Assembly: GCA_965262915.1 (NCBI GenBank)
Contig: OZ253564.1
Coordinates: 1,696,001-1,760,000 of the forward strand
Source: Candidatus Spongiisociaceae bacterium
GTDB taxonomy: Bacteria; Actinomycetota; Acidimicrobiia; Spongiisociales; Spongiisociaceae
Reading direction: 5' to 3'
Length of the DNA: 64,000 nucleotides
Below, in pieces: positions 19,458 through 30,908 of this stretch (within the stretch, counting starts at the first letter, position 1; each line of letters begins with the position of its first letter). A model generated the notes under the pieces. That model saw nothing but the letters and a program-made list of their open reading frames with translations, did no database searches and was not told the DNA's origin. The position numbers and the translations under genes are program-made.

Positions 19458-19587
19458 GGAGCCGAACCGGTGGGCGGCCGGAGGTGGTTGCCCGGCTCCC
19501 CGTACCGGTGCGGGGACGCCTCGGGAAGAGCCTGCCGTTAGCCGGGTGGCCTAACTAACGTTGACCCGTCATATCCAGGGAGGACCC

Positions 19588-20178
19588 GTGGCGCACTTGG
19601 TGTCTGCCCCCGCCGCACTGATAGTGCTCGTATCTATGGTGCTCGCCGCGTGCGGGGGCGACGACGACGCCCCGGAGGAGACGCAGGTGGTGCAGACGGT
19701 GGCGTCCCTGGAGGAGACCGAACCATCCGAGACACCGGTCGAGTCGACCAGACCGCGGTTCGACGAAGGCCTGTTGCTGTTCACGGCCTGCCTGAGGGAC
19801 ATGGGAATCGAAGCACCCGACATTCCCGTCGATCCCGACGGCCGGCCGATCCTGTCATCGGACCTGGTCGAGCAGATCGACACCGAGTCCCCCGAATTCG
19901 CGGTGGCCTTCGCCAACTGTGTTCACTTCCTGACCGCAGCCTCCCCGGTCGATCTCGGCGCCGATCCCGAACTGCAGGCGGTGATCGTCGACTCCCTGCG
20001 CCGTTTCTCGTCGTGCATGCGCCAAAACGGGGTTGAGGAGTTTCCCGATCCGGCGCCCGGATGGGACGGCAACGGCTCTCCCTTCCCGGTGGCGGAGGCT
20101 TTCGACACGTCCGATCCCGATGTCGACGCGGCGCTGGAGGAGTGCTCGCAGCTCATCTCGTTCCCGAGCCTGAACTGA
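19588..20178 (+). CDS. Lipoprotein associated with MacB-type ABC exporter
   Basis: Lipobox LAAC; two F..C(L/M)R..G repeats; stop overlaps the next ATG. Confidence 0.75.
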   Translation: MAHLVSAPAALIVLVSMVLAACGGDDDAPEETQVVQTVASLEETEPSETPVESTRPRFDEGLLLFTACLRDMGIEAPDIPVDPDGRPILSSDLVEQIDTESPEFAVAFANCVHFLTAASPVDLGADPELQAVIVDSLRRFSSCMRQNGVEEFPDPAPGWDGNGSPFPVAEAFDTSDPDVDAALEECSQLISFPSLN

Positions 20179-21248
20179 TGCCCAGGCTGGGATGGGTCGC
20201 CCTTCTTCTGGTGCTGGTGGCAGTGCTGACGGTGGGCGGCTTTCTGGCGGTGGACCGCCTGGCGGGTGACCGGCAGGACCACACGGTGGTCGAGAAACCG
20301 GAGTTGGGTAGGGCGGCGGTGGTCCGGACCGATCTGCGCAGGTCGGAGACCTTCCCGGCCTTCCTTCGCTACGGCCGCCCTCGGACGGTGTTCGCCGGGT
20401 TCGGGGGCGTAGTCACCAAGGTCCCCGAGGAGGGTGCGGTGCTCGCCATGGGTGATCCGCTGATCGAGATCGACGGCCAACCGGTGTTCGTCTTCCACGG
20501 TGAGCGACCCATGTGGCGGTCGCTGGGTCCGGCGCGGGGCGGGTCGGTGACCGAAGGGGCGGACGTCGAGCAGTTGGAGGTCAACCTGGCGGCCCTCGGG
20601 TACTCCTCCGAGATCGTGCCCGACCGGGTCTTCGACGAGGAGACCGCCCGTGCGGTCGAGCGCTGGCGGTCCGGTGCCGGTTTGGAGGCCAATGGATCGG
20701 TGGAGTTGGGCCGGATCGTGTACGTCGAGGTGCCGATCCGGGTGGGACGCAGCCTGGTCGAGGCCGGCGCCCACATCCTGGCGGGCGCGGCGATCGTCGA
20801 GGTGTCGGGCACCGATCAGGAGGTTCTCATGGAGCTTCCCGTGGACCGCAGGGACCGCATCGCGGTGGGGGACGCGTTGACGGTGCAACTGCCCGACGAC
20901 ACGAGGGCGGTCGGCACCGTTCACGATATAGGCGCGGTGGTGTTCAGCCCGGCCGGCGACAGGGGGGAGAACCTCGTAGAGGTGAGCATCTTCCTGGACG
21001 ATCCTTCCCTCGGCGAATCCTTCCACGGGTACCCGGTCGACGTCGAGATCGTGACCGAGGAGGCCGTCGGGGTCCTCGCCGTACCGGTCAAGGCCTTGGT
21101 GGCGCTCTCCGAAGGGGGATACGCGGTCGAGGTGGAGCGGGACGGGGAGCTGACCCTGGTCGGCGTCGACACCGGTATGTACGCCGACGGCCTGGTCGGG
21201 GTGCGGGGCGACCTCAGCACCGGTGACCGGGTCGTGGTTCCCAAGTAG
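20178..21248 (+). CDS. Membrane-fusion/adaptor protein with peptidoglycan-binding domain
   Basis: N-terminal [18 protein letters not shown]...[14 protein letters not shown]-binding motif, LAVPVKAL...GDRVVVP. Confidence 0.85.
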   Translation: MPRLGWVALLLVLVAVLTVGGFLAVDRLAGDRQDHTVVEKPELGRAAVVRTDLRRSETFPAFLRYGRPRTVFAGFGGVVTKVPEEGAVLAMGDPLIEIDGQPVFVFHGERPMWRSLGPARGGSVTEGADVEQLEVNLAALGYSSEIVPDRVFDEETARAVERWRSGAGLEANGSVELGRIVYVEVPIRVGRSLVEAGAHILAGAAIVEVSGTDQEVLMELPVDRRDRIAVGDALTVQLPDDTRAVGTVHDIGAVVFSPAGDRGENLVEVSIFLDDPSLGESFHGYPVDVEIVTEEAVGVLAVPVKALVALSEGGYAVEVERDGELTLVGVDTGMYADGLVGVRGDLSTGDRVVVPK

Positions 21249-21253
21249 GCGCC

Positions 21254-21967
21254 GTGCCGTCCGCGCCGCCCGCAGCCGACGCTCCCGGATCCCCCTCCCT
21301 CGAACTGTCAGAGGTGACCAAGGTGTACCCGGGGCCGCCGCCCGTGGCCGCTCTGGCCGGGGTCAGCCTGACGATCCGGCCGGGTGAACTCGTGGCCGTG
21401 GTCGGCCCCTCCGGTTCGGGCAAGTCCACCCTCCTCAACCTCATGGGCGGGCTGGACCGCCCCACGTCGGGATCGGTGAGGGTGGCCGGCCGGGAACTGA
21501 CCGAACTGGACGACCGCTCGCTGTCCGGCATCAGGGCGGGAACGATCGGCTTCGTGTTCCAGGAGTTCTTCCTCCTCCCTCGGACTCCCGCCCTCGACAA
21601 CGTGGCCGAAGGCCTCCGCTACCGGGGAGTGCCGACCCGCGTCCGGAGGCAGAAGGCCGAGGCGGCGCTGCGGCGCGTGGGTCTCGGACACAGGATGCAC
21701 CACCTGCCGGATCAGCTGTCCGGCGGCGAGCGCCAGCGGGTGGCCATCGCCAGAGCGCTGGTCGGCCGCCCGGCGGTGGTGTTCGCCGACGAGCCGACCG
21801 GCAACCTGGACAGCGCTACCAGCCGGGAGATAACCGACCTGTTCACCGAGTTGAACGCCGAGGGCGCCACCATCGTCGCCATCACCCACGATCCCGAGGT
21901 GGCCTCCTGCTTCCCCAGGCGGATAGTGATGCGGGACGGGTCGGTGGTGGCGGAGGAACACACATGA
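21254..21967 (+). CDS. ABC transporter ATP-binding protein (LolD/MacB type)
   Basis: [34 protein letters not shown]. Confidence 0.95.
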   Translation: MPSAPPAADAPGSPSLELSEVTKVYPGPPPVAALAGVSLTIRPGELVAVVGPSGSGKSTLLNLMGGLDRPTSGSVRVAGRELTELDDRSLSGIRAGTIGFVFQEFFLLPRTPALDNVAEGLRYRGVPTRVRRQKAEAALRRVGLGHRMHHLPDQLSGGERQRVAIARALVGRPAVVFADEPTGNLDSATSREITDLFTELNAEGATIVAITHDPEVASCFPRRIVMRDGSVVAEEHT

Positions 21968-23148
21968 GAAGCCGGCTCCGGATCGGTGATGTCCTCAGCC
22001 TCAGCCTCACCGGTCTCCGGTTCCACCTCGGGCGCACGGTGCTGACCGCGCTGGGCATCGCCTTCGGGATAGCCGCCATCGTCGCCGTTCTGGGTATCTC
22101 GGCATCGGGCCGGGCTGCGTTGCTCGCCCAGCTCGACCGGCTGGGCACCAACCTCATCCGGGTCACCCCTTCCAGCGGGGTATTCGGCAACGCCGACGGT
22201 CTCCCCCCCGAGTCGGTTGCCATGCTGGGGAGGGTGGGGCCCGTCGAACGAGTCACGTCCACGGCCCTGCTCGACGTCGACGTGCTGGTCAACGACCTCG
22301 TCTCTCCCCTGGAGACCGGCGGCCTGTCCGTGCTGGCCGTTCCCGCCAACCTTCCCGGGGCGCTGAACACCCCCATGCTCGCCGGAAGGTTCCTCGACGA
22401 TGCCTCCGCCACCCTTCCCACGACCGTGCTGGGGAGGATCGCGGCCGAACGCCTGGGGATCGACGACGTGGGCCGGTCCCGCCGGGTCTACATAGGCGGG
22501 GAGTGGTTCGAGGTGATCGGCATCCTCGACGAGATGACGCTGCATCCCGACATCGAGCGCGCCGCCCTCATAGGCGAGCCGGTGGCGCGGGACCTGTTCA
22601 TCGAGGACCTCAAGCCAACCGCCCTCTACGCCCGGGTCCACCCCAGGCACGTGGACGATGTCCTCGAGGTGATCCCGGCCACCGTCAACCCGGAGAACCC
22701 CGACCGGGTGGCGATCGTCCGCCCCGCCGACGCGCTGGTGGCCCGGCGCCAAGCCGAGGAGGCTCTCACCACCCTGCTGGTAAGCCTGGGAAGCGTCGCC
22801 CTCCTGGTCGGAGGCGTGGCGATCGCGAATGTCATGGTGATGTCGGTGCTGGAGAGGCGCATGGAGATCGGAGTGCGCCGGGCCCTCGGCGCCACCAAAC
22901 GCCACGTCCGGTTGCAGTTCATGGGCGAGGCGATCCTCCTGGCCGGCATCGGCGGAGTGCTGGGAGTGGGCGTGGGCGCCACGATCACCGTCGCCTTCGC
23001 CATCAGCCGGGACCTGACCCTGTCGGTGCCCCTGGCCGGGCTAGCGGGAAGCGTCCTCGTCGCCCTGGTGATCGGCGCCCTCGCCGGTATCTACCCCGCC
23101 ACCCGAGCCGCCCGGATCCCGCCCGCCGAAGCGGTCCGCTCCGCCTGA
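21964..23148 (+). CDS. ABC transporter permease (MacB/FtsX type)
   Basis: [46 protein letters not shown]. Confidence 0.92.
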   Translation: MRSRLRIGDVLSLSLTGLRFHLGRTVLTALGIAFGIAAIVAVLGISASGRAALLAQLDRLGTNLIRVTPSSGVFGNADGLPPESVAMLGRVGPVERVTSTALLDVDVLVNDLVSPLETGGLSVLAVPANLPGALNTPMLAGRFLDDASATLPTTVLGRIAAERLGIDDVGRSRRVYIGGEWFEVIGILDEMTLHPDIERAALIGEPVARDLFIEDLKPTALYARVHPRHVDDVLEVIPATVNPENPDRVAIVRPADALVARRQAEEALTTLLVSLGSVALLVGGVAIANVMVMSVLERRMEIGVRRALGATKRHVRLQFMGEAILLAGIGGVLGVGVGATITVAFAISRDLTLSVPLAGLAGSVLVALVIGALAGIYPATRAARIPPAEAVRSA

Positions 23149-23205
23149 TTCTCGGAGCGATCCGTCGGTGGGTTACCGGTCGGATCCTCTAGAATGCCCC
23201 ATCCA

Positions 23206-23278
23206 GGGCGTTTAGCTCAGCTGGGAGAGCGCTTCCCTTACAAGGAAGAGGTCGGCGGTTCGAGTCCGTCAACGCCCA
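23206..23278 (+). tRNA. tRNA-Val (TAC)
   Basis: Acceptor stem GGGCGTT/AACGCCC, D-arm GCTC/GAGC, anticodon arm CTTCC-CTTACAA-GGAAG, T-loop TTCGAGT; TAGAAT -10 at 23190. Confidence 0.96.
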
Positions 23279-23447
23279 CGGTGGTTTCATAAGGATTCAT
23301 ACCATGCCTTGAAACCCCTATCTACCAGTGCTTTCATGCCCAACCACCCAGAATCCTCGGTTACACAAGCACCCGCTTTGTTTCACCTATTTGCACCGAT
23401 AATGTTACATCACAAGTAAGCCGTATCGACTAGCTCTAACTTGCGAA

Positions 23448-24263
23448 GTGAGAATGCGGCGACCCAAAACACTCACCGCAGCCTTTTGCAGGACCATTTC
23501 CACGCCGGGAACCTACGGCGACGGACGCGGCGGCTTCGGTCTTACGTTCCGAGTCAAGCGGACCCGCAACGGCCGGCTGTCAAAAGTGTGGGCCCAACGG
23601 GTTGTAATCGGTGGGAAACCGACCTATCTAGGGCTCGGCACCTATCCGACGGTGACGCTGGCCGAGGCCCGGCGGCGAGCGCTCAAGAACCGCCGAGAGA
23701 TCGAAGCGGGCAGAGACCCGCGAGGCGGCGGGATCCCTACCTTCGCGCGGGCGACCGAAAAGGTGATCGCCCTGCACCGTGACGGCTGGAAGCCGGGTAG
23801 CCGAACAGAGTCGGCATGGCGTAGCGGATTCATCCACCATGTCTATCCGAAGCTCGGTCACAGGCGAGTCGATGTGATCACCACCGCAGACGTGTTGGCT
23901 GTGCTCTCCCCCATTTGGCACACGGCACCACGACAGGCCGAAGTTCTTACGGCGGCGGATCAGCCAAGTCATGCGCTGGGCGGTAGCGCAGGGCTACCGG
24001 CCGGACGATGCCGCAGGGCCAGCTCTCACCGCGGTCTTACCGAAGCGCACCAACGCGACGACTCACCACCGGGCTCTCCACCATTCTGATGTAGCAGCCG
24101 CTTTGCGGAAGGTCCGGGAGTCAGGTGTAGCCACATCAACCCGGTTGGCCATCGAGTTCCTGGCCCTCACTGCTGCCAGAACAAGCGAAGTCAGGCTTGC
24201 TACCAGATCTGAAATCGACCGCCAGGGTGGAATGTGGACGATTCCCGCCGAGAGAATGAAAGC
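23448..24263 (+). pseudogene. P4-like tyrosine integrase, frameshifted and truncated by ISL3
   Basis: Arm-binding motif LGLGTYPTVTLAEAR; frameshift near 23947; LTAARTSEVR...WTIPAERMKA then the IS; catalytic C-terminus absent. Confidence 0.85.
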
Positions 24264-25703
24264 GGCTCATCGCGTTTCAGTGGGGAGTGACGGTCGCGAG
24301 TAGGTCCCAGTTGGGTTTCCCGGCGTAGAGAAGGGCCCGTATTCGGTAGTTCGCGAAGTTGGGTAACCCGAACGCTGCTCGTTTGATCCGTTTGATTAGG
24401 TTGTTGAGGGCTTCGGTGGCGTCTGTTGGTTACCTTCGAGATGTGCCAGTTGGTGATCTGGGGGGTCCAGCGGGCGATGGTGCGACCCAGCTTGTTGATC
24501 TCGGGTGGGCAGGATTCGTCCTGGAGGTCGTCTGCGAGCTGGAGGGTGTATCGGAGAGCAAGGACCGGACTCTCGATCCCGTAGATGCCCCGTACCGTTT
24601 CGGTTGCGTGCCAGGCTGTGCGTACCTCGCCGTGGGGGTCACCGGCATCGAGGAGGCCACGCAGCCGTGTTTGGCCGCGGTCGCTGATCCTCTCATGCGC
24701 GGCGGTGAGGAGGCGGCGTATCCGATACAGCGGGTCATCCTTGCGGCCTCTGTGTCCCAGGGTCTCGTTTTGGACTCTTCGTCGTACTTCGTCGAGACGC
24801 TGGTTGGCGAGGCGGCTGACACCGAACGGGTCCGCTACCCCGGGGGCGTGGGGCAGCACCCTGTCATACGCCTTCCGATACGAACCGGACATGACCCGAC
24901 ACCGCCCAGCGGATAGCCTCACACCATTCGGTGGGCTGCGCCCGGAACCAGGCTGCGGCGCTTTCTGCCGTTCTACCACCGACTATGTCGAACCGGCTGG
25001 TGGCCTCCCACGTCGACGACAGAGGTGCACCAGACCTTGGTACGCCACCGGCCTTTCCGCCAGAACAACGATTCTTGTCGATGCCCACAGCTTGGACCTC
25101 GCCTATCCGGTCGGTGTCGGCCCCCAGGAGGGCTTCGCCCCAGCGGCCGACCTCGTTGTTCACCGTATGCCACCCACAACCAAGCTCTGCGGCGACCTCG
25201 TCGACCGGGCGACCCCGCCCACCCACCCCGATGGTCACCCACCGGGCCGCTCGGGATGTCAACAACGCCCGTTGGGGACCAATCGTGGGGTCTTGTTCGA
25301 TGAACGATCTGAGCGCACAGTCGGTGTTCGGACATGTCCAACGGCGTTTCCGCCACCGCAGCCGAACCGGACGGCCGAACGCCGGTAAATCCACCAACAC
25401 CACCGTCCGCTCACCCTTGGACCACACCGGGCCACCACAGGCCTCACAGGACGGCCGGGGCTTGCGAGACCCGATCACCACCCCAAGCGGTGCACCCTCG
25501 CCCGAGTCGTTGATCCCCACCAGGTCAACGTCGCCTAGGCCTACCAACTTCTCGCACATGCGCGCAGGGATCAGCTTCCACAGGGGTCCTCCTGCCTCGG
25601 ATGTCGCTTATCAACAGCCGATTATGGAGGACCCCTCCTCACTTCTGGTGGATTCCGATCCCCCCTGGCAGATCCCCTACTCCCCACCCATTCGCGAAGA
25701 GCC
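24264..25703 (-). mobile_element. ISL3-family IS with frameshifted transposase
   Basis: Ends GGCTCATCGCG / CGCGAAGAGCC; zinc finger CEACG...WTCPNTDC, DLPAFGRPVRLRWRKRR, VADPF; several frame breaks; no target duplication. Confidence 0.85.
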
Positions 25704-25742
25704 ACTTTGCTTCGCTAACGCCTGTACTTCGCCTAACGACAC

Positions 25743-26054
25743 TCAGACAGCGTGAGCGGGCGTGTGAACGACGATGTTGTCGAGCCGTTCTGATAGGCGG
25801 TCTTGGGTGACTTCAAGATCGTACTGGGCCTGTAGTCCCATCCAGAAGCCCGGAGAGTTCCCGAAGAAGCGCCCTAGCAGCAGAGCCGTCTCCGCGGTTA
25901 TGGACCGCTGCCCGTGAACGATGGCATGAATGCGCCTCGGGTCCACACCGATGGATTTCGCCAAGCGATACTGCGTGATGCTCATAGGGGCGAGGAACTC
26001 CTCGTTCAGGATCTCGCCGGGGTGGATGGGCGGTAGCTTCGTTTCGGTGCTCAT
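25743..26054 (-). CDS. higA: HigA antitoxin (XRE HTH)
   Basis: PIHPGEILNEEFL...ITAETALLLGRFFGNSPGFWMGLQAQYDL. Confidence 0.92.
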   Translation of the reverse strand: MSTETKLPPIHPGEILNEEFLAPMSITQYRLAKSIGVDPRRIHAIVHGQRSITAETALLLGRFFGNSPGFWMGLQAQYDLEVTQDRLSERLDNIVVHTPAHAV

Positions 26055-26066
26055 CGTTCCTCCACG

Positions 26067-26349
26067 TCAGTGGTAGTCCACTATTTCGACTTGGTGAGCG
26101 TTGCCGTCACTCCAGACGAAGCAGATCCGCCACTGGTCGTTGATGCGAATGCTTGTGCTGCTCATCGCGGTCACCCGACAGAGCCTCCAACCTGTTTCCT
26201 GGCGGTATCCGTAGATCGTTGAGGTTTGTGGCGTTGTTCAGGATCATCAGCTTCCTCTGTGCTCGACGCTGGATATCCTCGGGCAGTCCGCGGACACGAC
26301 GGCGTTCGGCAACCGCCCGTGTGTCCTTGTCCCGGTAGCTCCGGATCAC
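26067..26349 (-). pseudogene. higB: HigB toxin with single-base frameshift
   Basis: VIRSYRDK...DLRIPPGNRLEALSGDR; removing one A near 26153 restores HSIRINDQWRICFVW...EIVDYH-stop. Confidence 0.88.
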
Positions 26350-27039
26350 TATCGGATAGTAGCATCTGTCGCTACTAGTGGTGAGCGCTAACTCGTTCGG
26401 CGGTGATCCGACCTGTGGCGTCCCACAGTCGAAGGAGCCATCGGTAAAGGTCCATCCCGACGTTGTCGGCGCTCTCAAGAGGTGGCGTCTCCCAGGCCAT
26501 CGGACGATCCGGAGGGGGATTGAGAGCCAAGATCCACATGGCCGCAGCCGACGCCCGTACCGCAATCAAATCCGCTCATTCCCCAGGCCTCGTTACCGAT
26601 GACTGCTGTACGACGAGACGAGAGGTGTCCCGCTACTGATACCGGTCGCAGTGGCTCGCAACGGCGCGTGCGCTGGGCGATGCGCTCTAAATCCCCGAGG
26701 ATCGGCGCGTAATCGTGTTTCAGTCCCAGTTCGGTCCCGAGCCATGGTTGAAGCCTCGTACCGCGACCGTGCTGGAGGAACTCGCTGCTCAGGCCGTGTG
26801 GCCTACCGCCATCTTGGCGCCCGGATTCGTCGCGGACTGCCTGCAGACCCTAGAGGAGTTAGGGATACGCGGAGTCTCGTGACGGAGGCGCCTGTCCGGG
26901 CCGTGACCGGTTCCGGTGCCGGCGACCGGCTAGAATAGGTTGAGGGGATCCATCCGGTGGCTTACGGGAGCCGTCCGTAACCGCGGGCTGAGGATCGCGC
27001 CCAGAGGATCCCTTATTCGAACTCCGGAGCGGGTCAACT

Positions 27040-27999
27040 ATGCTACACGTCGCCGCGGGTACGCGATCGGGCCGGGCAAGATACAGAACGGTGACGCTGC
27101 TGAGCCTGGTAGCGGTGATCGCGCAGGTCGCTCTGGGAGGAGTCGTCCGGGTCACCGGTTCCGGAGATGCATGCCCGGATTGGCCGCTATGCCACGGACA
27201 GATAATCCCACCCCTCGACTACCACATCTGGCTCGAGTTCACCCACCGCTTGGCGGCGACCGCCGTGGGGTTCTTGGTCGTGGCTTCGCTCGTGCTGGCT
27301 TGGCGACACTTGCGGACATCGAAACCTGCGATCGTCGCCACGGGCGCGAGCACGATACTGGTGGTCGCGGCGGCGATCCTCGGTGGCCTCACCGTACTGA
27401 GCGAACTCTCATGGTGGACAAGGCTGATCCACTTGGGGCTGGCCGAGTTGACCGTGGCGGGTCTCGCCGTTGCCTGGCTGGCCGGTCCGCCTGATGATCG
27501 ATCCGATGGTCCACAGAACCTCGATACCAGGGTTTCCAGGCAGGATCGGAGGCTGGCGTGGGCCGCCTTGAGCGGTCTGCTGGTAGCCATCCTCTTCGGT
27601 TCCTACATGGTGGGGATGAACTACGGGGCTGCTTGTCCGAGTTGGCCGCTCTGCATCGGTAACAACCTCCCCGGAGGTACGCCGTTCGTCGTCAACATGG
27701 CCCATCGATACATGGTGGCCATCGTGGCCCTACTCGTGCTGCGTACCTGCTTCGTGGCTTGGAAGCAGGGAGCGGCATGGGGGCAACTACGTTGGCTGGT
27801 GGTGCTCACGGCCGGGTTCCTGGTGATCGAGATCGGGGTAGGGGCACTGACGGCATGGATGGGTTCGGCCCCTCTCATAGCGTCCCTGCATCTGGTCTTC
27901 GCCACGATGTCCTGGGTCTCGATGGTGTTGATGGTCGCGATGCAGTTCGATCCCGGAACTTTCCGGGTGAGGACCCGGCATCCGGGGTCCGCCGGTTGA
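27040..27999 (+). CDS. ctaA: Heme A synthase (COX15/CtaA)
   Basis: GSGDACPDWPLC, EFTHR, second CPSWPLC, HR/LH heme ligands, about 8 TM helices. Confidence 0.88.
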   Translation: MLHVAAGTRSGRARYRTVTLLSLVAVIAQVALGGVVRVTGSGDACPDWPLCHGQIIPPLDYHIWLEFTHRLAATAVGFLVVASLVLAWRHLRTSKPAIVATGASTILVVAAAILGGLTVLSELSWWTRLIHLGLAELTVAGLAVAWLAGPPDDRSDGPQNLDTRVSRQDRRLAWAALSGLLVAILFGSYMVGMNYGAACPSWPLCIGNNLPGGTPFVVNMAHRYMVAIVALLVLRTCFVAWKQGAAWGQLRWLVVLTAGFLVIEIGVGALTAWMGSAPLIASLHLVFATMSWVSMVLMVAMQFDPGTFRVRTRHPGSAG

Positions 28000-28898
28000 C
28001 GCTGGCTCCAGGCACTCGTGTATCCAGGGTCGTGAGCGACTACGTCGCGCTTACCAAACCCCGGATGACCTTCCTTCTGCTGATCACGGCGGTGGGGAGC
28101 ATGTTCCTGGCCGCTAAGGGCTGGCCGGATCCCCCGCTGACCGCCTTGGTCGTTGTCTCCGGCTACCTGGCGGCAGGCGGAGCCAACGCGCTCAACCACG
28201 GCGCCGAACGCGACATAGACCGGAGGATGGTCCGGACCCGCGCCCGCCCCGTAGCCGGCGGGAGGGTCTCGAAATGGCAGGCTTACGGCTTCGGGATCCT
28301 TCTCAACCTGGGCGCCTTCGTGATCCTGGCCGGCTTCGTGAACGTTCTCAGCGGCCTGCTCGCCGTGGTCGGCACCCTCATCTACCTGTTCGTATACACC
28401 AAGGGTCTCAAGCGGACGACGCCCCAGAACATCGTCATCGGCGGTGCCGCCGGCGCGGTTCCACCCCTGGTCGGTTGGGCGGCGGTGACCGGGACGGTCC
28501 AGCTACCGGCCATCTACCTGTTTGCCATCATCTTCCTGTGGACGCCGCCGCACTTCTGGGCTCTGGCATTGCTGATCAAGGACGACTACGCCCGCGCCGG
28601 GATCCCGATGCTTCCGGTCGTTACCACGCTGGCTGCGACCAAGCGCCAGATCTTGGTCTACACGGTGGTACTGGTCGTGGTTTCCGCGACGTTCGTCGCC
28701 ACCGGCGCCGTCGGATGGATCTACCTGGTCGGCGCCTTCGCACTTGGCACAGGTTTCATCATCCGGGCAGTCCGGCTCGCACGCGGTGAAGGAACCGAGG
28801 GCGCCAAGGCGTTGTACCTGTTCTCACTGGTATATCTGGCCCTGCTCTTCGGCGCCGTGATAGCCGATTCGTTGGTGAACCGGTACGTCCTCGGTTGA
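27996..28898 (+). CDS. ctaB: Protoheme IX farnesyltransferase (heme O synthase); start uncertain
   Basis: LTKPR, ERDIDRRMVRTRARP, NIVIGGAAGA, WTPPHFWAL, DYARAGIPMLP. Confidence 0.93.
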   Translation: MTLAPGTRVSRVVSDYVALTKPRMTFLLLITAVGSMFLAAKGWPDPPLTALVVVSGYLAAGGANALNHGAERDIDRRMVRTRARPVAGGRVSKWQAYGFGILLNLGAFVILAGFVNVLSGLLAVVGTLIYLFVYTKGLKRTTPQNIVIGGAAGAVPPLVGWAAVTGTVQLPAIYLFAIIFLWTPPHFWALALLIKDDYARAGIPMLPVVTTLAATKRQILVYTVVLVVVSATFVATGAVGWIYLVGAFALGTGFIIRAVRLARGEGTEGAKALYLFSLVYLALLFGAVIADSLVNRYVLG

Positions 28899-29131
28899 TC
28901 CCGTCGATGCTGGGGGGCGCACCACCCGAGGAACAGGATGAGCCTAGCCCCATCGACACCATCGTCACCAGCGCCCGAGTTCCAAGACCGGTGGGCCATG
29001 GTTGGCCTCGGTCCCCCAGAATGCGTTCTCTGTTTGACGCACCCCGGGCGCTATCGCCGGGTGCGTAACCCCCGGTCATCGGGCAACAGGCCCAAAATGC
29101 GGACGGTCCACCCCCCTGTGCAGAGGCTAAG

Positions 29132-30908
29132 CCTGAATCCACCGATTGATCCGTTGGGGGGGTGCTTGGCGGGGGTGTGCGTGTTCGGGGTGGTTGTTTT
29201 CGGGGGTTGGTTGGCGGCTGGTGGAAGTTGGGGGGTGTTGTTGGGTTCCGGGTTGACGGTGGGGGCTTTTTGGGGTGTGTCGGGACGTGTCGGGGTGCGG
29301 TTCCGGAGCGGTTCATTCAGAGGTGGGGTTGTGTGGTTGTGGGGGTGGCGGCTAGCAGAGTTGGGGGAGGTTGCGGAGGTTGGTGAGGGCGGTGTGGTAG
29401 GTGTGGGCCCAGGGCCATTGGGCGGGTAGGCGCAGTATGTGTCGTCCGCTGTGGTTGACCAGCCGTGCGGGTATGCCGAATAGCCGGTTGCGGATGGTGG
29501 TTCCGGCGGTGAGTTTGTTAGGTGGTTGGATTCGGCCGAGGTGTGCTATCCACCGGTAGAGGTTATGGGCGAGGGTGGTGATGGCGAGCCAGGCGGCGTT
29601 GGCCCAGAACCGTCCTGATGGTAGGTGAGCGAGACCGGCTGCTCCTTTGAGGTCTCGGATGGCAAGTTCGATCGTGGCGTGCCGGCGGTGGTGTCGGTCG
29701 GCTTCGACGAGGCGGTCGGTGTCGGTGTCGGTGTCGGTGGTGTGCGGGTGTTGGCAGTCGGTGTCGGTGTTGTGCTGGTGGGGGTGGTGTCGGTCGGCTT
29801 CGGTGGTGGGGTGGTCGGTGTTGGTCACGAAGGGGTGGTAGCGCCAGTCGGACCATAGCTGTAGCTGGTCTTGGTCTGTGAGGCGGGTGCGACGCACGAC
29901 GAGACGGAGTTTTATCTGCTGTTTACGCTTGGTGCGATGTGTTACCCAAATGGTGGTCTCCGCGACTTGGGCTTCGCCACCGCGGCGGTATTTGATAGAG
30001 GTCCAAGCCTTCTCCGCGATGGCCTCTATCGCGGCCCGCACGTTGGAGTAAAGGGGTACGGTGATTGAGTAGTCCACCCCCAGTTTGTTCAACGTAGCCA
30101 CCATGTTGTAGGAATAGAATCCCGAATCGGCGCGTAGGGCGATCGGCCCCCCGGCCCCGGCCCGGCGGACACGGCCCACGGCATCGGCCACGAAACCGAC
30201 GTTGCCCCGCTGGGAGCCGCCCTCGCGCAGGCGGGCCGCCACTATCTCGCCGGTCTCGGCGCGTGTCGCCAACAGCGGGTGGTAGCTCAACACCCCGTCG
30301 TGCCCAAAGCGGGCGCCTTCTTTGGTCTTGCCGCACACCCCACACACCGTGGAGTCCACATCTATGGTCACCGGAGCCCCACCCGGGCCTGCCCCCGCTG
30401 CCCACACCCGCCGCAGCGTCTCCTCCAACGCATCATCCAGCAGGCCTATGTCGTCGCGGCCCAACGAACGCAGAAACGTTCCCAACGTGGAAGGGGCCAT
30501 CACCCGATGCGGCAACACCCCGGCGGTGGCTCCGGCCCGCAGCCCCCCAGCGTGATCGATATGGGTAGCACCCATCAGCATCGACGACACCAACGACAGC
30601 ACCTTACGACCCGGGTTCGCTCCACCCACCCGGTCACCCAACCGCAGCATCTCGTCCCACAACTCTTCCAAACCGAGGCGATCCATCAACGTCCCCGCTG
30701 GGGGAGCTAACAACCCCCCATCAGCGACCAACGACTCGTCGTCGAACACCACCTCAAGACGGTCGATTCTCTGTGATACCCTCCTCATAGGAAGTGCCTC
30801 CCCGATCCAGGCCAAAGCCTCTACTTCTTACGGCTATTGTCCCAGATCAGAGGCACTTTCTACGTCAAACCACCCACCACCACACCAAACCCCATCGGTG
30901 GATTCAGG
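29132..30908 (-). mobile_element. IS1380-family IS, complete
   Basis: Perfect 15-bp terminal inverted repeats CCTGAATCCACCGAT; direct repeat CTAAG at 29127-29131 and 30909-30913. Confidence 0.92.
29352..30788 (-). CDS. IS1380 DDE transposase
   Basis: TIDVDST, YHPLLA, LRADSGFY, IELAIRDLK, PSGRFWANAAW. Confidence 0.9.
   Translation of the reverse strand: MRRVSQRIDRLEVVFDDESLVADGGLLAPPAGTLMDRLGLEELWDEMLRLGDRVGGANPGRKVLSLVSSMLMGATHIDHAGGLRAGATAGVLPHRVMAPSTLGTFLRSLGRDDIGLLDDALEETLRRVWAAGAGPGGAPVTIDVDSTVCGVCGKTKEGARFGHDGVLSYHPLLATRAETGEIVAARLREGGSQRGNVGFVADAVGRVRRAGAGGPIALRADSGFYSYNMVATLNKLGVDYSITVPLYSNVRAAIEAIAEKAWTSIKYRRGGEAQVAETTIWVTHRTKRKQQIKLRLVVRRTRLTDQDQLQLWSDWRYHPFVTNTDHPTTEADRHHPHQHNTDTDCQHPHTTDTDTDTDRLVEADRHHRRHATIELAIRDLKGAAGLAHLPSGRFWANAAWLAITTLAHNLYRWIAHLGRIQPPNKLTAGTTIRNRLFGIPARLVNHSGRHILRLPAQWPWAHTYHTALTNLRNLPQLC

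Noticed and set aside
29140-29350. GT-rich low-complexity tract as telomere-like or independent repeat
   Set aside because: Lies inside the IS1380 inverted repeats; covered by the IS strand-skew finding
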